64,000 bases of DNA from Cyanophora paradoxa CCMP329 (Eukaryota > Plantae > Glaucophyta), in NCBI GenBank assembly GCA_004431415.1, contig QPMI01000102.1, positions 124,001 to 188,000 on the forward strand, given 5' to 3'. The notes beneath the pieces are model-generated. The model saw only the letters and a list, made by a program, of their open reading frames with translations, searched no databases and had not been told where the DNA came from. Below, piece by piece: positions 12,901 to 21,918 of this stretch. A program made the translations under genes and the position numbers. Each line of letters begins with the position of its first letter. Positions within the stretch are counted from its first letter, which is position 1.

Positions 12901-13781
12901 CTCTCGTTACGGCCCTCTGACGCTGCTCGGCGGGCAGGAGGGCCCCCGGATGAGCGGCTGCCTCACGACCAAGTACCACGTCGAGTGCGCCCCGGCCCCG
13001 GCCCCTCGTCTCCAACCTAAGCTGTGCACGCGAATTCGAACCCGGTACCCCCGCAGCGCGTCGGGGAAGGTGGAGGTGGAGTTCCTCACGGACAACCTCG
13101 TCCCCCTCGAGGCGCGCCGCCCTTACCCCCGCCCCCCCCCCCAGGCCCAGCTGGGCCTGGGCTCAGTCCTTGCCTTGCCGGGCCCCGCCGGGCCCCGGGC
13201 GTTCAAATCGGAGGGCAGAGCTAAGCCCGTTGATCGTGATGCGGGCCCGGGCCAGCTGGGCCCAGCTGGGCCTGGGCTCATGCCTCGCCTTGCCTGGGCC
13301 CGGCCTGTCTAGCGACCGTCACAATCGGAGGCCAAGGGCCGCGCCCGCTGACGCGGGCCCGGGCATGCGCAGGCGTTCGGGGAGGAGGAGGCGGCCGAGC
13401 ACCGCGCCCACATCCTCTCCCTCGTCCTCAAGGCGCGCACCCGGCCCGCCCCGCCTGATCTTCCTGCTCGAATATTCTCTTCTCCCCCGCCCCGCCCCGC
13501 CCGCCCCGCCCGCCCGCCCCGCCCCGCCCCGCCCGGTGCCGCGGGGCCCCGCCCCGCGCCCGCCCGGCCTGGCTATATATATTCTAGACCGGGGATGCAT
13601 AGGGAATTTCCCTTCGTTAAATTTCCCTTTTGTTAAATTTCGGGCCGCCCCCCTCTCCCCGGCCCCTCTCCCCCCCCTGATTGCGTGGCCCGCCTGGCCT
13701 GCCCGGCAGCACGGGGAGGGGGCGGTGTTCCCGGCGGCCGGCGGCGAGTCACACATCATCATGCCCTTCCTCTTCGACTGA
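9911..13781 (+). CDS. 2OG-Fe(II) oxygenase superfamily protein with probable organellar transit peptide (multi-exon)
   Basis: Spliced translation contains WLSLYIGGCRQDFHMDNANHGPWAFVYSIT (HxD), FSGGET, EPRFNRLTCFDPRFPHGVRQVEG (distal H) and RVVLHGWF (2OG-binding R). Ends IIMPFLFD*. N-terminus is Arg/Ala-rich. Confidence 0.78.
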
Positions 13782-14313
13782 GCGGCGGCCGCCGGGCACC
13801 GGCTTCTATATGCAGCTATGGCTATAGCTAGCATCGTTTTCCCCTACCCCTCCTGCCGGAACCCGGCTCCTTCCTCCCGATCCCTGCCCCAACTCCCTCT
13901 GCCCTGTGGATCTGTTCTCTCCTCTCCTCTGCAAAATGATATCCCCCTGCAAAAAAGCGAAAATGAGAAGCGCCGAGAGCAAGGATCCGGACATTTTTTT
14001 ATTTCGCGTGAATGGATCGCTGTGCAGAACTTCGGGAGCTGGCTTCGGAGGACACTGCGCCTCGGCCCCCTCAGGGCCTCTCGAGCCCTCGACATCTAAA
14101 GGCCCGCCCAGGCTCCCAGGTACCCCCAACTGCCCGTCCCCGGGACTCGAACGCTACCCCCATGGCCACCTGCTGCTGCGAAAAACCTGCCCTCGCCCTG
14201 CAAAACTGCAATTATGGCGCGAACAATTGTATTTATAGCTATTCCTATCAGAATAAAGTTCGGGAAACTGCGTGTGTACATCCCTGGCCTAATTGTATCC
14301 TTTTTACAGCTAG

Positions 14314-15040
14314 CTATACCGGGCTGGCCATGCATATGGGCGCCGGCGCGTGGTCGGCGAGGAAGACGCGGGCGGCGCGCTCGAAGGGCTCGCGGCACTG
14401 CGGGCACTGCCGCGCCGGTAGGCGCGCCACGCACGCTGCGCACGCCGACGCGTGCAGGCACCTGCCAGCTTGTATTCGAATTCAACTTATAATATTAAAG
14501 CGGGGGCCGCACGCACGGGAGCAGCACGCGCAGGTCCTCCTCGGGGACGGTGCTGAGGCAGACGGCGCACTCGCGCTGGCGCGCCCCGGCGACGATGGCC
14601 GGCCAGAGCCGCCGCAGGAGCCCCGGCAGCTGCCGCGCCGCCCGCTCCGGCTCGGGGCCCGCGAGCCCCGCCTCCAGCTCCTGCAGCACGGGCCCCAGCG
14701 CGCCCCGCAGCCGCCGCTCCCCCGCCGCTCGCAGCGCCGCCAGCGCCCCCTCCGCCTCTCCCGCCCGCCGCTCCGCCTCTCCCGTCCGCCGCTCCGCCGC
14801 CACCGCCCGCCGCTCCGCCGCCGCTGTCGCCGCTGCCGATTCGCGCGCCGCTCGCCGCTGCGATTCCGCCTCGGCCCGCGCCCTCGTCGCCTCCTGCCCC
14901 GCCTTCCGCTCCGCTGCACGCGCCGCCTGCGCCTCCGTCTGTGCCCCGGCAGCCTCCGCCCTCGCCGCCGCCTCCGCCTTCTTCGCGGCCGCCAGCTTCC
15001 GCCAAACCAGGCACAGAGCGATGCCCTCGGCCGAGCACAC
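14314..15040 (-). CDS. C3HC4 RING-finger protein (coiled-coil plus C-terminal RING); 5' end uncertain
   Basis: ECAVCLSTVPEEDLRVLLP|CLHASACAACVARLPARQCPQCR after removing a GT-AG intron at about 14462-14516. Confidence 0.68.
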
Positions 15041-15585
15041 GAGCAGAAGCGCCAGAATTGGAGAATTCGAACCAGCTGCAGGCTGCGAAGATGCGGCATT
15101 GAAGCGGTGAGGTCTCTGGGACCGCGGGTAATAATTAGAATTAAATAGTCAAGATCTATATCTAGACTCTGAGATCTAGAAGCATAATTATACTTAGCTA
15201 TAGAAGAACCGTTGACCTGCGGCTGCAAGCGCGCACCAATTCGCAATTACCGCCCGCCGATCGCGGAAGCTGTGCATTTATGCACGGTGACGACTCATTT
15301 GACGTCGACGAGGCTCCGGGCCCCGTCGCGAGTTCACGGGTGCGTGCATCGATATCTGCGTGCGCATCTGGGGCCTCGAGCTCCGTCGACGTCTCCGCCT
15401 GATGCGAAATCATGCGAAATTAAACCACGGGACGGGAGATTTCATTATAATTATAAATTAGAGAAACGTGTAAAGCAATTTTCTACCCGCGCAATTGCTT
15501 CCTTGTCTTTCGAATTCGTTGAAATCGCTTCGTTGTCTCTCACGTCGTCCTGTAATTAATGCGAAATTAAATCACGGGAGATTTC

Positions 15586-15761
15586 ATGGGTAGTAAAGTA
15601 GATTTACTGAGGTTAGCGAGCCGGCTGTTCGATCGCGAACCCCGATTTCGCAGTCTGAACTTCAAGTCCCGAATTTGATTCAAGTAGTCAACTTGTACTA
15701 GCGTACCCATACGCGTTTCGCACGCAAGCGCGGCGCTCGAGCCGCCTCAATTTCGCGTTTC
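15586..15761 (+). repeat. Split direct repeat A1 (176 bp)
   Basis: ATGGGTAGTAAAG...CAATTTCGCGTTTC; identical by eye to 20674-20849. Confidence 0.95.
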
Positions 15762-15793
15762 GCACAGCACCGTGCACACAGCATCAGCAGCAA

Positions 15794-17128
15794 ATGTCAG
15801 ATCACGCTGAAACCAGCGGCACGCCCCACGCCGGCACCGCCTCCAGCGCCGAAGCAGCAAATCGGCGCGAGACCCGCGTCTCGAATCGCAGTCGAAAACC
15901 TGCCCCAGCACCGTTAATTTCCATTCGCGCACCAGCGGCCAGCGGCGACGAGTCCGCCACGGCCACCGACGTCGACACCGACGCCGCGTCAGAGTACTGC
16001 TCAGCCTTGTCCGGCGGCGAGACGGATGCGAGCCAGAGCGTCAGCTCGCGCACTAGCCGCTCCGTACGTTTTGCAGCAGGCGTGGCCTCGCCCGCCCCGC
16101 GCGAAAAAGATTCAAAAATTTCGCGCCAGCGGCAGCGGGCGTCGCCAAGCGATTCCTCGATAGTAAAGGAGCTCGCCGAGCTCAAGGACGCCCTTATCCT
16201 GCAGGCCCAGGAGCTCGCTCGCCTCCGCGCGGCCCCCGCATCCGCCGCTCGCAATGACCGCGGCTCCACTGTCCCCAGGGCCGTCGGCGCTCCGGGCACG
16301 CAGCTGGCCGCCCGCCTCGCGAGCGGCGAGTTCATCGATCTTTACTCTCAAGTCTTCCGTCCCGCTTTCTCCCCCAATTCCACCGAAATTGCCAAATCCG
16401 CTCCTCTCGATCCCAACCTCTCCGCCATTCTCTCCGCCGCCGGCTTCCAACCCGCCTCCTCCGCCTCCAATCGCGTGCTCAATCCCATCGATTTCGCGGC
16501 CTCTCTCCACATGCTGGCAATAGCGGCGGGCCGGCCAGAGAACGCGCCGATCTCCTCCAGCGGGCAGCCCGACTTCGAGGAGCAGCTTCGCCGTGTGCTC
16601 GAGATCAATCGGCACGGCTGGGAGATCTTCTCGCTCGCCCGCCGGGCCCCGTGGGAGGCGGTCCACGAGTATTCTGTTCGGATCCGGACCGATATCGCCG
16701 CCCGCTCTGACCGCTCCCGGGCGCACGATCTTGGCGACGGAGACCCAATGATGCTGCAGTCCTGCATCCCCGGCGGCGCTCGCATCTCCTCGGAGCCCCT
16801 GCCCTTTCGCGCCTCAGGGCCCGCGGCGGGGTCCGCGGCACAGCACGCGAGCTCGAGCTCGCCCCGCCCCGAGGCCGCAAGCTCGCGGCCCTCGGCGGGC
16901 GCCGCAGTGCGCCTCGATCCGCGCTACCGGCAAGCAGAGGAGTCCGCGGACGGCGGGGTCTGCTGGCTCTTCAACAACGGGCGCTGCGACCGCGACGACT
17001 GCAGCCGCCGCCACGTCTGCATCGCCTGCGGCCACGCCGGCTGCCGCGATGGCGAGGGGCACCCGTGCCGCGCCGGCCGCCCGCGAGGCACGGGCGGCCG
17101 CACCCGCGGCCCGCAGGGTCGCCCCTGA
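15794..17128 (+). CDS. gag: Gag-like ORF of the DIRS/Ngaro element
   Basis: 444-aa intronless ORF 33 bp after A1. C-terminal CWLFNNGRCDRDDCSRRHVCIACGH...HPC is typical of DIRS/Ngaro gag. Confidence 0.85.
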   Translation: MSDHAETSGTPHAGTASSAEAANRRETRVSNRSRKPAPAPLISIRAPAASGDESATATDVDTDAASEYCSALSGGETDASQSVSSRTSRSVRFAAGVASPAPREKDSKISRQRQRASPSDSSIVKELAELKDALILQAQELARLRAAPASAARNDRGSTVPRAVGAPGTQLAARLASGEFIDLYSQVFRPAFSPNSTEIAKSAPLDPNLSAILSAAGFQPASSASNRVLNPIDFAASLHMLAIAAGRPENAPISSSGQPDFEEQLRRVLEINRHGWEIFSLARRAPWEAVHEYSVRIRTDIAARSDRSRAHDLGDGDPMMLQSCIPGGARISSEPLPFRASGPAAGSAAQHASSSSPRPEAASSRPSAGAAVRLDPRYRQAEESADGGVCWLFNNGRCDRDDCSRRHVCIACGHAGCRDGEGHPCRAGRPRGTGGRTRGPQGRP

Positions 17129-17263
17129 GCACAGCCAGGCTCGGGCGCGGCCGCCGCCCTCCCCCAGCGGCCACCCTGGGCGCCAGCATCAGCAGCCAGG
17201 CGCCTTCCCGCCCCTCCCTCGCCGTGCCCCCCGCTCTTCGCTCCTCCCCAATCCATTCTGCCC

Positions 17264-20200
17264 ATGGCCCCTCTTTTGCCACCTCCTTGCCCGCCCGACC
17301 CGCCGGCCCCCGGGCCCCGCGGCAGGCGCCGCTGGCGCCATCTTGCGTGCTGGTTTCGCGGGTCGACCCCGCCCTTCCGGAGGCGCCGCTGCCGCCTCCC
17401 TGCGCCCTCGCCCCACCGGCCCTCCGGGCCCCGCGGCGGGCGCCGCCGGCGCCGTCTCTCGCGCTGGTTTCGCGGGTCCATCCCGCCCTTCTGGAGGCGC
17501 CGCTGCCGCCTCCCCGCGCCCTCGCCCCGCCGGCCCTCCGGGCCCCGCGGCGGGCGCCGCCGGCGCCGTCTCTCGCGCTGGTTTCGCGGGTCGACCCCGC
17601 CCTTCCGGAGGCGCCGCTGCCGCCCCCCGCGCCCTCGCCCCGCCGGCCCTCCGGGCCCCGCGGCGGGCGCCGCCGGCGCCGTCTCTCGCGCTGGTTTCGC
17701 GGGTCGACCCCGCCCTTCCGGAGGCGCCGCTGCCGCCCCCCGCGCCCTCGCCCCGCCGGCCCTCCGGGCCCCGCGGCGGGCGCCGCCGGCGCCGTCTCTC
17801 GCGCTGGTTTCGCGGGTCGACCCCGCCCTTCCGGAGGCGCCGCTGCCGCCTCCCCGCGCCCTCGCCCCGCCGGCCCTCCGGGCCCCGCGGCGGGCGCCGC
17901 CGGCGCCGTCTCTCGCGCTGGTTTCGCGGGTCGACCCCGCCCTTCCGGAGGCGCCGCTGCCGCCCCCCGCGCCCTCGCCCCGCCGGCCCTCCGGGCCCCG
18001 CGGCGGGCGCCGCCGGCGCCGTCTCTCGCGCTGGTTTCGCGGGTCGACCCCGCCCTTCCGGAGGCGCCGCTGCCGCCTCCCCGCGCCCTCGCCCCGCCGG
18101 CCCTCCGGGCCCCGCGGCGGGCGCCGCCGGCGCCGTCTCTCGCGCTGGTTTCGCGGGTCGACCCCGCCCTTCCGGAGGCGCCGCTGCCGCCTCCCCGCGC
18201 CCTCGCCCCGCCGGCCCCCCGGGCCCCGCGGCGGGCGCCGCCGGCGCCGTCTCTCGCGCTGGTTTCGCGGGTCGACCCCGCCCTTCTGGAGGCGCCGCTG
18301 CCGCCTCCCCGCGCCCCCGCCCTATCGGCCCCCGGGCCCTGCGGCGGGCGCCGCCGGCGCCATCTCTCGCGCTGAGCTCGCGGGTCGACCCCGCCCTTCC
18401 GGAGGCGCCGCTGCCGCCCCCCCGCGCCCTCGCCCCGCCGGCCCTCCAGGCCCCGCGGCGGGCGCCGCTGGCGCTCAAGGCTCGATCATGAGCCCCACTG
18501 CCGCCTTGCCCCATGCCAGTGTGTCGGGCCCGGGCCTTCCGGACGCCGGGCCGCGCCTCCTTGCCGGGGGCAGGGCGCCGCCGCCGCCGCCGCCCTTCTC
18601 CATTGAGGTCCCAGACTTCGATGTCGACGAGCTCCTCCCAGGCGTCCCGCCCCGCCTCGCCCCCACGCCCGTGCGGCCCGATCGCATCGCCGCAGCCCTG
18701 GAGGGCCACCCCGATCCCTCCCTTGCCGCCCGCCTCGCACACGGGTTCGCCCACGGCTTCCCGCTGCAGTACCGCGGCCCTTGCTTCTCTGCAATTTCCC
18801 GCCCCGAGCCCTCTGCCCTTGAGCACATCGACGTAGTGCGGCAGGACGTCGAGAAGGAGATCGCCATGGGGCGGGTTGCCGGCCCGTTCCCGTCTCCTCC
18901 CCTCGCCCCCTTCGTTGCCTCCCCGGTCGGCGCCATTCCAAAGAAGCGTTCAACCAAGTGGCGCCGAATTCACAACCTTTCGTACCCCAAGCATCGCGGC
19001 CCGTCAGTCAACAGCGGCATCGACCCTGACGAGCTACACTACCAGAATACGAAGGTCAGCAGAGCGATTGAGCTTCTGATTCAGCTCGGCCGCGGCGCCG
19101 AGATGGCTAAGGCGGATATCGAGTCTGCTTTTCGCCTGCTGGCGGTACGGCGGAAGGACTGGTGGCTCCTCGGCTTCGCCCTCCCCTCCCGCTCCAATCC
19201 CACCATCCTCGAATTTTTCATCGACCTCTGCCTCCCCTTCGGTGCCCGCTCCTCCCCTCGCATTTTCGAGGACCTCGGCCAGGCCCTCGATTTTGCCCTC
19301 CGCCGCCGTGGGCTCGATCCCACCCGATATGTCGACGACATTTTTCTCATCGGGCGGGCCGGCACCGGCGAATGCCGGCGGTACATCGACGTGCTGCTCG
19401 AGGTCTGCGCGGACCTTGGTATCCCTCTGGCCCCGCATAAGCTAGAAGGACCCGGCACCCGCCTCACCTTCCTCGGCATCGAGCTTGACAGCCTCGCGAT
19501 GGTGGCCCGCCTGTCCCCGGAGCGGCTCGCTGATCTCGAGGCGAAGCTCGCGGAGTGGGCCACTCGCAGCCACGCCTCAGCCGGCCAGCTCCGCTCCCTC
19601 GCCGGCTCCCTCGTCTCGGCCGTGCCCGTCGTCCCCGCGGGGCGCTTTTTCCTTCGGCGGGTCGTGGCGCAGCTCGCCACTCTACGGGCCAATCACCATC
19701 GCGCCCGGCTTCATGCCGGCTTTCATGCTGACCTCGCCTGGTGGCGGGACCTCCTCCAGCGGCTGCACGGAGTCCGGCTCATCCCTACGTCTGACTGGCA
19801 ATCGGCCAAGGTGCTGCGAATCCAGACCGACGCCAGCAATCTCGGCTTCGGCGCAGTTTTCGGCAGCTCATGGACCTTCGGATCTTGGCCAGAGGGCACG
19901 ACTCGCAGCATGCCCTGGCGCGAGCTGATGGCCCTCGTCATCGCAGCGGCGACCTGGGGCCCCAGCTGGCAACAGCAGCGAATTATTTTTGAAACCGACT
20001 GTAAACCTGTCTTCCATGCCCTCTCCGGCGGCCGCATTTCGCAGCCGGCCCTCGCTCCCCTCCTCCGCTCCCTCTACCGCCTTTCCGCCCTCCACCATTT
20101 CGAGTTTCGCGCTGTACACGTCCCGGGCCTCGAGAACGCGCTCGCCGACCCGCTCTCTCGCCTACAGATCAGCGTTTTCAAGGAGCGGCTCCCATCAGCG

Positions 20201-20362
20201 GATTCCTCGCCGACTCCCCCTCAGTGGCCCGAGACCCAGGGCTCGCTGCCACCGCCGCCTTCTCCTCCTCGAGCTCCCGCACCGTCTGCCGCCTCCGCTC
20301 CTCAATCAGGCCACCTGCAGGCCCCGCGGGGGCGCGGGCCAGTCTCGAGCCCGCTCCTCTAG
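17264..20362 (+). CDS. pol: Reverse transcriptase-RNase H ORF of the DIRS/Ngaro element (true start possibly about 17049, overlapping gag)
   Basis: RT motifs KWRRIHNLS, KADIESAFR, LPFGARSSP, YVDD (19328-19339), FLGIELDS. RNase H motifs TDAS, WRELMA, ETDC, HVPGLENALADPLSR. Confidence 0.93.
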   Translation: MAPLLPPPCPPDPPAPGPRGRRRWRHLACWFRGSTPPFRRRRCRLPAPSPHRPSGPRGGRRRRRLSRWFRGSIPPFWRRRCRLPAPSPRRPSGPRGGRRRRRLSRWFRGSTPPFRRRRCRPPRPRPAGPPGPAAGAAGAVSRAGFAGRPRPSGGAAAAPRALAPPALRAPRRAPPAPSLALVSRVDPALPEAPLPPPRALAPPALRAPRRAPPAPSLALVSRVDPALPEAPLPPPAPSPRRPSGPRGGRRRRRLSRWFRGSTPPFRRRRCRLPAPSPRRPSGPRGGRRRRRLSRWFRGSTPPFRRRRCRLPAPSPRRPPGPRGGRRRRRLSRWFRGSTPPFWRRRCRLPAPPPYRPPGPAAGAAGAISRAELAGRPRPSGGAAAAPPRPRPAGPPGPAAGAAGAQGSIMSPTAALPHASVSGPGLPDAGPRLLAGGRAPPPPPPFSIEVPDFDVDELLPGVPPRLAPTPVRPDRIAAALEGHPDPSLAARLAHGFAHGFPLQYRGPCFSAISRPEPSALEHIDVVRQDVEKEIAMGRVAGPFPSPPLAPFVASPVGAIPKKRSTKWRRIHNLSYPKHRGPSVNSGIDPDELHYQNTKVSRAIELLIQLGRGAEMAKADIESAFRLLAVRRKDWWLLGFALPSRSNPTILEFFIDLCLPFGARSSPRIFEDLGQALDFALRRRGLDPTRYVDDIFLIGRAGTGECRRYIDVLLEVCADLGIPLAPHKLEGPGTRLTFLGIELDSLAMVARLSPERLADLEAKLAEWATRSHASAGQLRSLAGSLVSAVPVVPAGRFFLRRVVAQLATLRANHHRARLHAGFHADLAWWRDLLQRLHGVRLIPTSDWQSAKVLRIQTDASNLGFGAVFGSSWTFGSWPEGTTRSMPWRELMALVIAAATWGPSWQQQRIIFETDCKPVFHALSGGRISQPALAPLLRSLYRLSALHHFEFRAVHVPGLENALADPLSRLQISVFKERLPSADSSPTPPQWPETQGSLPPPPSPPRAPAPSAASAPQSGHLQAPRGRGPVSSPLL
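17321..18470 (+). repeat. About 10 tandem copies of a 114-bp (sometimes 113-bp) GC-rich unit inside the pol ORF
   Basis: Unit CGCCGGCCCTCCGGGCCCCGCGG...GTTTCGCGGGTCGACCCC...GCGCCCTCGCCC; e.g. 17641-17753 (113 bp) and 17754-17867 (114 bp). Confidence 0.95.
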
Positions 20363-20466
20363 ATTTATCGATACCATTTTCTTGTCTTTCCTCGCTGCTT
20401 CACACCAAACAAATTTTCTATCATTTATTGGATGCCGCTTCTCTTCATTACATTTCGTTCGCATCG

Positions 20467-20676
20467 GAGGCGCCCAGAGGCCAGCACCCTCGTAGCTGTC
20501 GGTCTAGTCGCAGACCTTAGCCTCGTGTGCAGCCCCCTGATCGTATACAGGCATCCAATTGTAGTCAACTAGAGTGTACGGCCGGCAGTATATTCATATC
20601 AGATATCTCCAGCATACGATCCTGATTTAGATCTCAGAGCCCTCCCCGTGCGAGGAATGAGCCGAGTGAGTTAATG
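20467..20676 (+). repeat. Split direct repeat B1 (210 bp)
   Basis: GAGGCGCCCAGAGG...GAGTGAGTTAATG; identical by eye to 20868-21077; shares its terminal ATG with A2. Confidence 0.95.
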
Positions 20677-20849
20677 GGTAGTAAAGTAGATTTACTGAGG
20701 TTAGCGAGCCGGCTGTTCGATCGCGAACCCCGATTTCGCAGTCTGAACTTCAAGTCCCGAATTTGATTCAAGTAGTCAACTTGTACTAGCGTACCCATAC
20801 GCGTTTCGCACGCAAGCGCGGCGCTCGAGCCGCCTCAATTTCGCGTTTC
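20674..20849 (+). repeat. Split direct repeat A2 (176 bp)
   Basis: Copy of A1. Confidence 0.95.
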
Positions 20850-20867
20850 CCGCCCGCCCTGTCCCAT

Positions 20868-21077
20868 GAGGCGCCCAGAGGCCAGCACCCTCGTAGCTGT
20901 CGGTCTAGTCGCAGACCTTAGCCTCGTGTGCAGCCCCCTGATCGTATACAGGCATCCAATTGTAGTCAACTAGAGTGTACGGCCGGCAGTATATTCATAT
21001 CAGATATCTCCAGCATACGATCCTGATTTAGATCTCAGAGCCCTCCCCGTGCGAGGAATGAGCCGAGTGAGTTAATG
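20868..21077 (+). repeat. Split direct repeat B2 (210 bp)
   Basis: Copy of B1; forms the right terminus of the element. Confidence 0.95.
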
Positions 21078-21210
21078 ATCATTAGAAAATCTTGGAAAGC
21101 GATTTTCTATCCGCGGTCACACCCCCTGCAGCTTCGAATTCGTTGCGATTGCAATTGCTTGCTTGTCTTTCACGTCGTCCTGCAATTTGTTCATAAGTAT
21201 ACGGTGGGAT

Positions 21211-21511
21211 TCAAATAGGCTTAGTTAGTGTCCCAATGTGATCCCAGCCCCATGCCTAGGCAGCAGGCGCGCAGGCGTAGCACGAACGGGTCGCAGCTGG
21301 GCTTCTTACAGGACTGAGGGGGTATCGAACAACGTAGGGGGGGGTACCGAATCTGTCTACGAACCGGCAACGCCGGAGGAGTCCTAGGCACTGCGGAGGT
21401 ACCGGCAAGTCTATGAGCTATTGAGAAGTGCTACAGCCTCAGCCCGCGCACTAGCACTATACTACAGAGTGGCTCGAAGGCCTGAATGCAAGCTAAACTA
21501 CAGTGGCAACA
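21211..21511 (-). repeat. 3' LTR (301 bp)
   Basis: Plus strand TCAAATAGGC...GTGGCAACA; identical by eye to 40315-40615. Confidence 0.96.
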
Positions 21512-21525
21512 GCCCTCTTGTCCCT
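21512..21525 (-). other. Polypurine tract
   Basis: Minus strand AGGGACAAGAGGGC directly abuts the TGTTG start of the 3' LTR. Confidence 0.8.
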
Positions 21526-21918
21526 AGGTCGCGTCCTCGCGGCCACACCAGGCGGCCGTCCCGACAGACTTACGGGCCCCGAGGCCCCGCTGCAGCCTTG
21601 ACAGAGCAAAACCAAGCAGCGGTGTACAGCCGCTACCCAGCCGCTCGCTGCGCAAAGGAAAAGTTTTATTTTAGCGCGAGCAATGGCCCTCGGCCCGCGA
21701 CATCGGTCCGGCATGATCCGGTACTCGCCTCGTCTCAGAATGGTAGCAGGGAAACCCAGGGGCCACACATTCCAGGGGAGCGCGCGTGCAGGGTGCACCG
21801 CCTCAGAGACGGGGAGCAAATCACCATCCAATTTGTCATCGCTCAGAAAGGATCCCAACCGTTAACGTCGACTGATCAGCGTGAGGCAGCCGTGGCCGCG
21901 TCACGTGTGGCAATCGAC

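Larger units (their letters stand above)
15586..21077 (+). mobile_element. Ngaro/PAT-like (DIRS order) retrotransposon with split direct repeats, lacking tyrosine recombinase
   Basis: A1...B1-A2-(18 bp)-B2 repeat layout, gag with DIRS-type Cys/His finger, DIRS-type RT and RNase H. Element starts and ends with ATG. Confidence 0.92.

Noticed and set aside
17321-18470. Tandem arrays here and at 39217-39685 as CRISPR-like arrays
   Set aside because: Head-to-tail units without unique spacers, eukaryotic context, no cas genes.
20224-20520. Short ORF overlapping the RNase H end as a possible tyrosine recombinase
   Set aside because: Only 98 aa, no R-HxxR-Y catalytic motifs, and it runs into repeat B1.
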